This document shows, piece after piece, positions 28,856 through 36,676 of a stretch of 58,535 nucleotides of DNA. Each line of letters starts with the position of its first letter. The first letter of the stretch is position 1. The stretch spans positions 1 through 58,535 of the forward strand of contig JBGCFJ010000108.1 in the NCBI GenBank assembly GCA_045106885.1, in the 5' to 3' direction. Under the pieces are notes generated by a model. The model was not told the DNA's origin, searched no databases, and saw nothing but the letters and a program-made list of their open reading frames with translations. Origin of the DNA: Saprospiraceae bacterium. Its GTDB lineage: Bacteria > Bacteroidota > Bacteroidia > Chitinophagales > Saprospiraceae. Position numbers and translations under genes: made by a program.

Positions 28856-29158
28856 TTATTTTGATAAGGCAACCATGCCTTTAGTTATAGCTCGTTCTAA
28901 TTTTATTTCTTCAAGAGATTTTGAAAAAAGAGCAATTAATTTATCCTTATCTATTTGATAAATTTCAGCAATGCCTTCTGTTACAATTCCCATATATCTT
29001 AAAAAAGTCAATGTCTTTTCATTCTTGGGAATCTCCAAAATAAATTCGGATTCAAATTTTAGTTTTTTAGGAGGAACAAATTGAATGAATTTATCATTTC
29101 CTTTAGATAATTTCCAATCCTTTGATTTTAAAAATGCTATGATTGTTTCTAATTTCAT
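28856..29158 (-). CDS. hypothetical protein (100 aa), downstream partner of the DUF4365-like gene
   Basis: Very AT-rich ORF starting 6 nt after the upstream stop. No recognisable motif. Confidence 0.5.
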   Translation of the reverse strand: MKLETIIAFLKSKDWKLSKGNDKFIQFVPPKKLKFESEFILEIPKNEKTLTFLRYMGIVTEGIAEIYQIDKDKLIALFSKSLEEIKLERAITKGMVALSK

Positions 29159-29164
29159 TGCTAC

Positions 29165-29698
29165 TTAAATTGTATTATTATGAAAATGATTGAACATAGT
29201 ATTGAAAAAAGTTTTACTAATTTTATTCTTAGTTGGAATTAATATTCTAGTTTTTCCTATATTTTTTGATATGTTAGAAGTGTTGTTGGGATAAAACCAG
29301 TATTTTTCGGCATTTATAATAACCTTTTTTGATGTCATTTCTATCCAAGCATCCTCAATACTCGGCAAAATTACGAGAATTAAAATGAGCGGAATTACCT
29401 CTACTTCATTTTGTCTTATGAATAAATCATTATAATTTTTGACAGGCAAATCAAAAACTACATTATCTTTTCTTCTTTTTAATGATTTTTCAGTAGTACA
29501 TTTTAACTGAATATCAAGTGCCTTCCCAGTATTCATAAAACGTACTTTTCCCATTAATTCATACCTTCTAACACTTTTAATTGTTAAATCTACTCCATTA
29601 TCTAGATTATCCTCAGCTACTTTATATCCCTCATTACTAGCTAATAGCATAATGAGGTATTTTGAAATCAATTCTTTAATTTGTTCTTCTTTCAACAT
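29165..29698 (-). CDS. DUF4365-like / PD-(D/E)xK nuclease-fold protein (177 aa)
   Basis: An N-terminal helix is followed by DNGVDLTIKSV and ALDIQLKCTT (a D...QxK core), then the hydrophobic strand VIPLILILVILP and YWFYP. This is the layout I associate with DUF4365. About 20-23% G+C in hand-counted lines. Confidence 0.5.
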   Translation of the reverse strand: MLKEEQIKELISKYLIMLLASNEGYKVAEDNLDNGVDLTIKSVRRYELMGKVRFMNTGKALDIQLKCTTEKSLKRRKDNVVFDLPVKNYNDLFIRQNEVEVIPLILILVILPSIEDAWIEMTSKKVIINAEKYWFYPNNTSNISKNIGKTRILIPTKNKISKTFFNTMFNHFHNNTI

Positions 29699-29737
29699 GT
29701 CTTCTCAAATTTAATTAAAATTTGGCAGCAATGAAAG

Positions 29738-31525
29738 TCACTTGCTTTTTTGATTTTTTATAAAATAATAATATCCTCGCCAAACCTCTGCATTTCCCAC
29801 ATTAGGCGTCTTAATTTCTAAAATAGCAGGGCGATTATTTTTTGATTTTTTGTAAAACGGAATAAGTACCTTTTTTAAAGTAGCTTCATTTTCTGCCACA
29901 AAATAGTTTAAATTATATGTTTTGGCAAGATACTTTGCACTTCGTTCTTGCTGGGCTTCAAAATAATCGGCTAATTGAGCGGTTGTATCTGGTCCTTTGA
30001 TAAATCTAAAGATATTGCCACCGCCATTATTAATTAAAATGATGCGTAAATTAGGAGAGAGGTGGTGTTGCCAAAAAGCATTAGAATCATAGAAAAAAGA
30101 AATATCTCCTGTAATAATTGTTGTTGGTAATTTAGTAATATAAGCTGCACCTGTCGCTGTAGAAGTAGAACCGTCTATCCCTGCCACGCCTCGATTAGCA
30201 TTATAAATAATGTCTTTTCTGATTTTAAATAATTGAGCATATCGAACGGGTGTACTATTCGCCAATTGTAAATTGGTGTTTTTAGGAAGTTTGGGTAGCA
30301 GAGTTTTGAAGACTTGTAAGTCTGACCATTCTGCTTTTTTTAGATATTCTTTTTTCGATTTTTGGACTTTTTTTGCTTGAATTTTCCAAGTTGCCTGATA
30401 GGTATCGGACACTTTCAAAGTGTCTGATACCTTAATTTGTACATCATCTTTTTTTATCACTAACATATCAGATACTTCCAAAGTATCAGATATGTGTGGG
30501 CGTAACTGCTCAAAAAAAGTAGTAGGTTTCATATTAATAGTTGTTGTCAAACTTTGAAACGTATCCAGATGATACTCAATTTCCCCAATATGCCAATGTA
30601 CTTTTGGTGGATGTTTTCGCAACCATAATTTAATCCGTTTAGAAATAAAAGAACCGCCAATAGTTACCAGTAAATCAGGCTGAAATTGAGAAATTTCTGA
30701 TTCTGCCACGGTACTTAATACACTATCAAAATCAGCTACAAAATTTTTATGATGAAGATTGGAAGTAATTTCTGGTAAAACGGCTACCGTAGGGTCTTGG
30801 CTAATTTTTTTTAATTGTTTATTTAAAGCAATATTCCCTCTCTTATCGAGTGGCAATAGTCCCCCTAAAATCATTTTTTTATTGGAGGATTGCCAGATAT
30901 TAACAAATGTTGATAACTGTATTGGTAACAGTCTTTTTTCAAAAGCCGCTGTATTTATTATTTTTGGTAATGGTAAATGGGTATAATCCTTAGTATCATA
31001 CAAAGGTTCTTGAAAAGGAATATTGATATGCACAGGACCACCACTTCCTTCGGTAGTTTGGTCGATTGCTTCGCAAATAATCCGATTGGCACTCCATAAG
31101 CCATCTTTATCTTTTACTTCTTGTGGTAATTCATAACTCCGTTTGACATAATTGGCAAAAACATTCCGCTGAGCAATAGATTGTCCTTCTCCTTGATGAA
31201 TCCATTCTACGGGACGGTCTGCTGTTAAGATTAATAAAGGTATTTTTTGATAAAAGGCCTCGGCAATAGCAGGCGCAAAATTTAGGGAAGCGGTTCCAGA
31301 AGTACAAGTAATGATAACAGGTTTGCGAGTTTGTTGAGCGATTCCTAAAGCAAAGAATCCTGCGACTCGTTCATCGGGAATACTGATACAATCGAATTTA
31401 CTATGTTCACCAAAAGAAATAACAAGGGGAGCGTTTCTAGAACCGGGAGAAATAATGACTTGTTCAATGCCTTTTAAAGCACAAATTTCTACTAGGTTAC
31501 GAATATGTGGCTTGTTTGAGAGCAT
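29738..31525 (-). CDS. menD: 2-succinyl-5-enolpyruvyl-6-hydroxy-3-cyclohexene-1-carboxylate synthase (MenD)
   Basis: 595 aa with ThDP-enzyme motifs SPGSRNAPL, TCTSGTA and GDISFFYDSNA..NNGGGNIF. It is adjacent to menF, menE and menC. Confidence 0.85.
   Translation of the reverse strand: MLSNKPHIRNLVEICALKGIEQVIISPGSRNAPLVISFGEHSKFDCISIPDERVAGFFALGIAQQTRKPVIITCTSGTASLNFAPAIAEAFYQKIPLLILTADRPVEWIHQGEGQSIAQRNVFANYVKRSYELPQEVKDKDGLWSANRIICEAIDQTTEGSGGPVHINIPFQEPLYDTKDYTHLPLPKIINTAAFEKRLLPIQLSTFVNIWQSSNKKMILGGLLPLDKRGNIALNKQLKKISQDPTVAVLPEITSNLHHKNFVADFDSVLSTVAESEISQFQPDLLVTIGGSFISKRIKLWLRKHPPKVHWHIGEIEYHLDTFQSLTTTINMKPTTFFEQLRPHISDTLEVSDMLVIKKDDVQIKVSDTLKVSDTYQATWKIQAKKVQKSKKEYLKKAEWSDLQVFKTLLPKLPKNTNLQLANSTPVRYAQLFKIRKDIIYNANRGVAGIDGSTSTATGAAYITKLPTTIITGDISFFYDSNAFWQHHLSPNLRIILINNGGGNIFRFIKGPDTTAQLADYFEAQQERSAKYLAKTYNLNYFVAENEATLKKVLIPFYKKSKNNRPAILEIKTPNVGNAEVWRGYYYFIKNQKSK
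30401..30494. repeat. two GTGTCGGACAC-family palindromes inside the menD reading frame
   Basis: ggtatcggacactttcaaagtgtctgatacc (30401-30431) and catatcagatacttccaaagtatcagatatg (30464-30494) are translated as SDTLEVSDMLVIKKDDVQIKVSDTLKVSDT. Confidence 0.85.
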
Positions 31526-31612
31526 GTTGCGGTTGTCAGTTTCCAGTTGTCAGTTGTCAGTTTCCAGTTGTTTGTTCCTGCCTAGGACGCCAAACTGGCA
31601 ACTGGAAACTGT
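31526..31612. repeat. CAGTT word array with inverted arm between menF and menD
   Basis: gttgtcagtttccagttgtcagttgtcagtttccagttg ... caaactggcaactggaaactg fills the whole 87-nt intergenic gap. Confidence 0.8.
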
Positions 31613-32659
31613 TCACACTAATTCTTTAAAGTATACTTTTTCGATAACGCTTGATAAGGTCTTCGCTTTCATTTCTGTTTCTTCCCATTCTTTTTCTGGG
31701 TCAGAATCGGGTAAGATACCACCACCGACATACAAGGCAAAATAATCTTTCATCACTTGCATACAACGCAAATTTACATAGAGATTGGTTTCTTTATGTA
31801 AATTAACAGGGCCTAAAAAGCCACAGTAATAATCTCTGGTATGAGGTTCTTGGTTAATGATAAATTCTTTGGCAGATTGTTTAGGCATGCCACAAACCGC
31901 TGGACTTGGATGTAAATCAGAGACTAATTCATAAACCTGTCCTCTTGGATTAAAAGCAAAATCTGTTCGTAAGTGTAGAATATTTCCAGCTTTAACGGTT
32001 TGTCGTTTAGACTTTTTGAAAGTGATTTGCTGATTCTTTAAAATGCGTTGAAAATATCGTTCGACAATGGATTGTTCTTCAATTTCTTTCTTTCCCCAAT
32101 GTACTTTTTCTAAAGGTAATCCTAAATCTTTTTGTGTACCCGCTAATGCCATAGTATGCGCTAACCCATTTTGCGTATATAAAATTTCAGGAGAAGCACC
32201 TATCCAACAACCTTCATTGGCAATATTCACTAGGTAAATAAAAGCGGTCGGATAACTTGATTTTAGCGCTTCAAATAGCTTAAATAGATTACCTGGCTTC
32301 GTATTTATTTTTTTGATTCTTGAAAAGATTAATTTTTTAAAACGAGCTTTGGTCGCTCCAATAAACTGATTAACCTTATCAATATAAGTTGACTTGGAAA
32401 TAGAAACAACTGGGTTGTGATGCGTAGATTGAAAATTAATGACTGCGTTCTTAATGACTTCTTCACTCTTGATGAACACACTAGGCTTACCGCTTGAGCG
32501 AGTAAATGGATAAAAGACAAATCCTTTTTTATTAAAGGTATTCGTATCCAAAAAACTATAGCCGTTATTTTTTTGCTTAACAAAAAAATGGTTCAACTGA
32601 TTGGGTAATCGGTATAAGGCGAATGTGTCTTTGTGTGTTAATTCAATCAATGTATTCAC
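31613..32659 (-). CDS. menF: isochorismate synthase (MenF)
   Basis: 348 aa with a chorismate-binding C-terminal core (GTQKD, HPSPAVCG, YCGFLGP, GGGILPDSDPEKEWEETE). Lies within the men gene cluster. Confidence 0.8.
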   Translation of the reverse strand: MNTLIELTHKDTFALYRLPNQLNHFFVKQKNNGYSFLDTNTFNKKGFVFYPFTRSSGKPSVFIKSEEVIKNAVINFQSTHHNPVVSISKSTYIDKVNQFIGATKARFKKLIFSRIKKINTKPGNLFKLFEALKSSYPTAFIYLVNIANEGCWIGASPEILYTQNGLAHTMALAGTQKDLGLPLEKVHWGKKEIEEQSIVERYFQRILKNQQITFKKSKRQTVKAGNILHLRTDFAFNPRGQVYELVSDLHPSPAVCGMPKQSAKEFIINQEPHTRDYYCGFLGPVNLHKETNLYVNLRCMQVMKDYFALYVGGGILPDSDPEKEWEETEMKAKTLSSVIEKVYFKELV

Positions 32660-32815
32660 AGTATTTTTTTCAGCAATAGGTTTAATTTGCTAAATCTTTA
32701 AGATTTAGCTAATTTCAAATCAACAAGTTTTAGATGGACTCAATTCTAAAAATTTAGTAAATCATATCTTGAAGAATAGAACAAATATACAAACTTTCAG
32801 AATTTTCTGAAAGTT

Positions 32816-33919
32816 TTATAAGTTAAACCTTTCGACTTTTTCTTTTGTTCGCTGTCGCTGAATTTTTTTTGTTGGTGTTTCTTCAAATTGTGCTACAAAA
32901 TAAATGGCTTTTGGTTGCTCAAATTTAGATAAAACTTGCTTTAAATCAAGTTTTAACGCATTAATTTTTTCTTTTATCCAAGTGTTGGATTCGATGATTA
33001 GAGCAACTTTATTTTCTAGTTTTTTATCTTGAAAAGAAGTAATAAAAAAGCGAACGTTAATGATTTTTTCCAGTTTTGCCTCTATTTTTTCTGGAAATAC
33101 TTTTACGCCACCTGTATTGATGACATTATCAATCCGCCCCAACCATTCAAATTGTTGATTATTTCTCAGGTCGATTATATCGTTTGTTACCACTAATTCT
33201 TGAGCTAATTGAGGGGCATGAATGGTTAAACAACCTCTTGCATCTGTAGCAAATTGAATATTAGACAGGCCTTGAAAATAATCTGCTTTATGTTTTCCAT
33301 TTAGACCTTTGATAGCGACGTGCGTAATTGTTTCGGTCATACCATAGGTCGCATAACATTCGGTGGGAATTGTTTGTAATTTAGCTTGTAATTGTGCATC
33401 AACTTTACCGCCGCCAATGATTAATTTTTTAATTAATTTAAATTTTTCAGGACTTTGTTCAAAAATAGTCATGACTTGTAGAGGTACCATTGCTGCAAAA
33501 TCAATTGGTTGGTTAATCGTTTCCATTGGGTTGCCTGTAGGCGGGACTAATTGTAAATCTAAGCCCCACATTATTGAGCGCAGCACCATCATTTTTCCAG
33601 CGATATAATCACAAGGCAAACATAATAAGGCAGTTTGTCCACTTTTAAAACCAAAATACTTCCCTGTCATAAACGCACTATTCATCATGCGTTCTTTGGC
33701 TAATTGAATTTGTTTAGGTTTTCCAGTAGAGCCAGAAGTATTCACTATAATAAAGTCCTTTTTATCGACCCAATCCAAAATAAATTGATGTAAACTTTGT
33801 TGCCAGTCAGCTCCAATTTTATTCGACAAAATACCTACACTACTAGGTGCTAGTAATTTATCGTCGGTATAATTAATACCATTCATTAATAAGGAAACAT
33901 ATCTGCTATCGAAAGGCAT
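32816..33919 (-). CDS. menE: O-succinylbenzoate-CoA ligase (short AMP-binding enzyme, MenE)
   Basis: 367 aa with the AMP-binding motif TSGSTGKPK, then YGMTET and GGVKV. Lies within the men gene cluster. Confidence 0.75.
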   Translation of the reverse strand: MPFDSRYVSLLMNGINYTDDKLLAPSSVGILSNKIGADWQQSLHQFILDWVDKKDFIIVNTSGSTGKPKQIQLAKERMMNSAFMTGKYFGFKSGQTALLCLPCDYIAGKMMVLRSIMWGLDLQLVPPTGNPMETINQPIDFAAMVPLQVMTIFEQSPEKFKLIKKLIIGGGKVDAQLQAKLQTIPTECYATYGMTETITHVAIKGLNGKHKADYFQGLSNIQFATDARGCLTIHAPQLAQELVVTNDIIDLRNNQQFEWLGRIDNVINTGGVKVFPEKIEAKLEKIINVRFFITSFQDKKLENKVALIIESNTWIKEKINALKLDLKQVLSKFEQPKAIYFVAQFEETPTKKIQRQRTKEKVERFNL

Positions 33920-33926
33920 AATTATA

Positions 33927-33952
33927 ACGATGAATGATGAACGATGAATTCG
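33927..33952. repeat. GAATTCATC word array abutting the menE start codon
   Basis: aacgatgaatgatgaacgatgaattcg lies 8 nt upstream of the menE ATG. The position and orientation match the array in front of the SSS gene. Confidence 0.8.
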
Positions 33953-34107
33953 TAAAATGAAAATTCTGGTTATAATGGATTACTGTGACTCCAAATGTTA
34001 ATCCCTTTAAACATGCTCTAAACTATACTCGTCAAGAAAAACTCCGTTAACTCAATGTTCTTCGTTTCTCCATGGTGAAAAGAATCTAGTAAATTTGATT
34101 GTGACTT

Positions 34108-34500
34108 TTATGATTTTCGAGTAGCAAATTTAGTATCATAATGCACTACTGCATTGAACCATGCTGCTCTAGAAGTTCTAAATAGCCAGACAAAGAATAT
34201 GGCAGAAATACCCAGTAAAACTAACGTTGTTTTATTAACACTCCAGCCTAAGCCCATAATGCAAGTACCTCCAAAAATGACACAAAAAAAGCCCCAGAAT
34301 ATATAGGATATAAACATTGCACCATAATAAAAGCCTGGCTCAGGCATATAGTTTTGCTGACAATTGGGACAATTATCAGGCATGCCTGTAATGTCTTGAA
34401 AAGACCAAGTACTAGTATGGAATAAATCGCCTTCGTGACAGCGAGGGCATTTTAAATTAAGAATACTGTATAGTTTATTTCCTTTTTTGAATAATCCCAT
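34108..34500 (-). CDS. DUF983 domain membrane protein
   Basis: From the ATG at 34500: MGLFKKGNKLYSILNLKCPRCHEGDLF....CPNCQ, followed by 2-3 TM helices. The upstream 18 codons of the track ORF are translated tandem repeat. Confidence 0.65.
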   Translation of the reverse strand: MGLFKKGNKLYSILNLKCPRCHEGDLFHTSTWSFQDITGMPDNCPNCQQNYMPEPGFYYGAMFISYIFWGFFCVIFGGTCIMGLGWSVNKTTLVLLGISAIFFVWLFRTSRAAWFNAVVHYDTKFATRKS

Positions 34501-34507
34501 GAGTGAA

Positions 34508-34619
34508 GGTTTAAAGGTATAAAGGTTTAGAGGGGTAAAGGTACAAAGGTACAAAGGTATAAAGGTATAAAGGTATAAAGGTATAAAGGTTTAGAGGTAC
34601 AAAGGTTTAGAGGTACAAA
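34508..34619. repeat. 14 tandem copies of an 8-bp unit (GGTAYAAA / GGTTTAGA)
   Basis: Units read directly: ggtttaaa ggtataaa ggtttaga ggggtaaa ggtacaaa x2 ggtataaa x4 ggtttaga ggtacaaa ggtttaga ggtacaaa. The array starts 8 nt upstream of the DUF983 start. Confidence 0.9.
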
Positions 34620-34718
34620 GGTTTGTTGGAATGAAAATAAGAGCGGTATCTAGCAGTAGGATTTTCTTATAGAAACAGGTATAAAGGTTTTATATATCAA
34701 TGTCATACATGCTGAATA

Positions 34719-34838
34719 GACTGTTCAAATAACTGTGTTTAGGCAAAATTTTAATATTGAAAATCAAGGCTTTACTGCCCACTGCCCACTGCCACTGCCA
34801 CTGCCCACTGCCTACTGCCACTGCCACTGCCTACTGCC
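34719..34838. repeat. dispersed element copy A: conserved 55-nt unit + ACTGCC array
   Basis: gactgttcaaataactgtgtttaggcaaaattttaatattgaaaatcaaggcttt is followed by (ctgccNactgcc)n. It matches 55175-55229 with 2 mismatches, and that copy is also followed by an array. Confidence 0.85.
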
Positions 34839-34871
34839 ATTCGTGGGGAATCGCTATTTGACTCATTTTTA

Positions 34872-35927
34872 TCAATTCCTCAAATTACTCAAACTCCATT
34901 GACCATCCTGACTATAATAAATTCCTCCATCCTCTACTTTCAAGGGTGACTCTATATTATTTGTATATAATTGCCCTGTTCCTAAACCTTGTGGCATCGG
35001 ATTATTCAAAACCGCCGTCCATTGAGCAATAGCATTTAAGCCAATATTAGATTCCAGAGCTGAGGTCATCCACCAAGGCGTATTAAATTTTTTGCAAAGG
35101 TCAATCCATTCTTGAGTGCCACTATAACCACCAATAAAACTAGGTTTGAAAATAAGATATTGTGGTCGAATGGTTTCAATGATTGCTCGTTTTTTATCGG
35201 ATGAAAAGACACCAATCAACTCTTCGTCTAAAGCAATGGGGAGCGGTGTTTTTTCACAAAGCTCTGCCATTTCGGGTAATTGTCCTTGTTTGATGGGTTG
35301 TTCGATAGAGTGGAGGTCAAATTCAGCAAGTCGCTTTAATTTTTCTAAAGCATTGGTGGGTTTAAATGCGCCATTGGCATCGACTCGTATTTCTATTGCT
35401 TTGGCAGAAAACTGTTGTCGAATGTATTTTAGTAAATCCAATTCTGCTGCAAAATCAATGGCGCCAATTTTTAATTTAATACAGTCAAAACCAGCAGCTA
35501 ATTTGGTTTTGATTTGGTCAAACATGAATTTTTTTTCTCCCATCCAAATTAAGCCATTGATAGGAACAGGCATTTCTTTTGCTGTAAAATCTGATGGAAA
35601 TAAAATTTTCGACCCTTGGTTTGCCAAATCTTTTAGTGCTATTTCTAATCCAAAATGAATAGATGGAAAGGTTCGTAATCCTTCACTTAACCAATAGGCA
35701 TGATTATTAATTGTCTGACAAACTTCTGCTACCTTGACTTCATATTCTGGCACATCGTCTGCACTTAGACCTTTTAATAAACCACATTCTCCAATACCTG
35801 TAATAGCTGGATTATCGCTGTGTTGTAAAAAAATAAACCAAGAATCTTTAGTGCGAAGTACGCCCCTAGAAGTCCCGCTAGGTTGTTTGAATTGTAGCGT
35901 ATATTTTTGAAAAGTTGCTTTTAGCAT
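34872..35927 (-). CDS. menC: o-succinylbenzoate synthase (enolase superfamily, MenC)
   Basis: 351 aa with a muconate-lactonizing/OSBS-like barrel (KLKIG, RVDANGAF, IEQP, LDEEL). The call over dipeptide epimerase rests on men gene context. Confidence 0.65.
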   Translation of the reverse strand: MLKATFQKYTLQFKQPSGTSRGVLRTKDSWFIFLQHSDNPAITGIGECGLLKGLSADDVPEYEVKVAEVCQTINNHAYWLSEGLRTFPSIHFGLEIALKDLANQGSKILFPSDFTAKEMPVPINGLIWMGEKKFMFDQIKTKLAAGFDCIKLKIGAIDFAAELDLLKYIRQQFSAKAIEIRVDANGAFKPTNALEKLKRLAEFDLHSIEQPIKQGQLPEMAELCEKTPLPIALDEELIGVFSSDKKRAIIETIRPQYLIFKPSFIGGYSGTQEWIDLCKKFNTPWWMTSALESNIGLNAIAQWTAVLNNPMPQGLGTGQLYTNNIESPLKVEDGGIYYSQDGQWSLSNLRN

Positions 35928-36020
35928 GAATGAGTATAATTTTGTCTACTAATAAGGCATTACGGTGAAAATTGTGGGTTACTATGAAGTTCCTTTAAAG
36001 GTATTCGTTTTGTAGTCCCA

Positions 36021-36049
36021 CGTGTCGGACACTTTTGAAAGTGTCTCGA
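36021..36049. repeat. degenerate GTGTCGGACAC-family palindrome
   Basis: cgtgtcggacacttttgaaagtgtctcga. Confidence 0.7.
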
Positions 36050-36676
36050 TTTACTTCACTTCTTCAAAAAATGCAAAAATTGTCGAAGAATCCATTTATA
36101 TAAACAAGTTGGATGGTCACCAACTTCCCTAAAATTACAAATAATACCATTTATAGCCAAAAAACGCATTTCCTCTATAAAAACTGCATTTTTTCCTATC
36201 CGCCATTTCCGAAAGTATAAAAAAAACATACATAAGTATAACTTTAATTACCGTTGCTATAAACACTCTAAAATGACGGAAAATAGCCTATACCTTTGAA
36301 TCATGAAAAGAAAGTATTCCTGTTTACAATATTGATTCGCTAGCAAACATTAATACTATCTCAAATAAAACAAATATAAATTTATCGTGCAACAACTACC
36401 TTCATTTAATCTTTTTTTAAAACCGAAAGTAACTGTTTAGGAATGAAATATAAATGAGCACTGCAATTTTGAGTGTGTATTTTTTTCTTTAGACAAGGCG
36501 CAAAAAACATGAGCGAGTGTAAACTCGTGAACCGCTTGCGGACGGGATGCATGCCTTAGCATAATGAGTATTTTTGCAACGTAGGATAAAGGAGAAAAGA
36601 CCAGTCAAAAAGAAGTGACTATTTTTATTCCATTCCTCTACCCGCCAAAAGCAGTAACTTAAAACACCTACTTAAA

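Noticed and set aside
26300-29698. Treating the AT-rich islets as a single mobile element or genomic island
   Set aside because: There is no integrase, transposase, tRNA-adjacent att site or flanking direct repeats. A native-composition kinase gene separates the two islets.
34508-34619. Possible CRISPR array. The ACTGCC arrays and the 48043-48166 direct repeat were also considered.
   Set aside because: The periods are 6-9 bp with no unique spacers, or there are only two 38-nt units. No cas genes are in the window, so these are simple tandem repeats.
35146-35658. 170-aa + strand ORF
   Set aside because: It lies entirely antisense within menC, which has clear enolase-superfamily motifs. The composition is Ser/Asn/Phe-rich, typical of a shadow frame.
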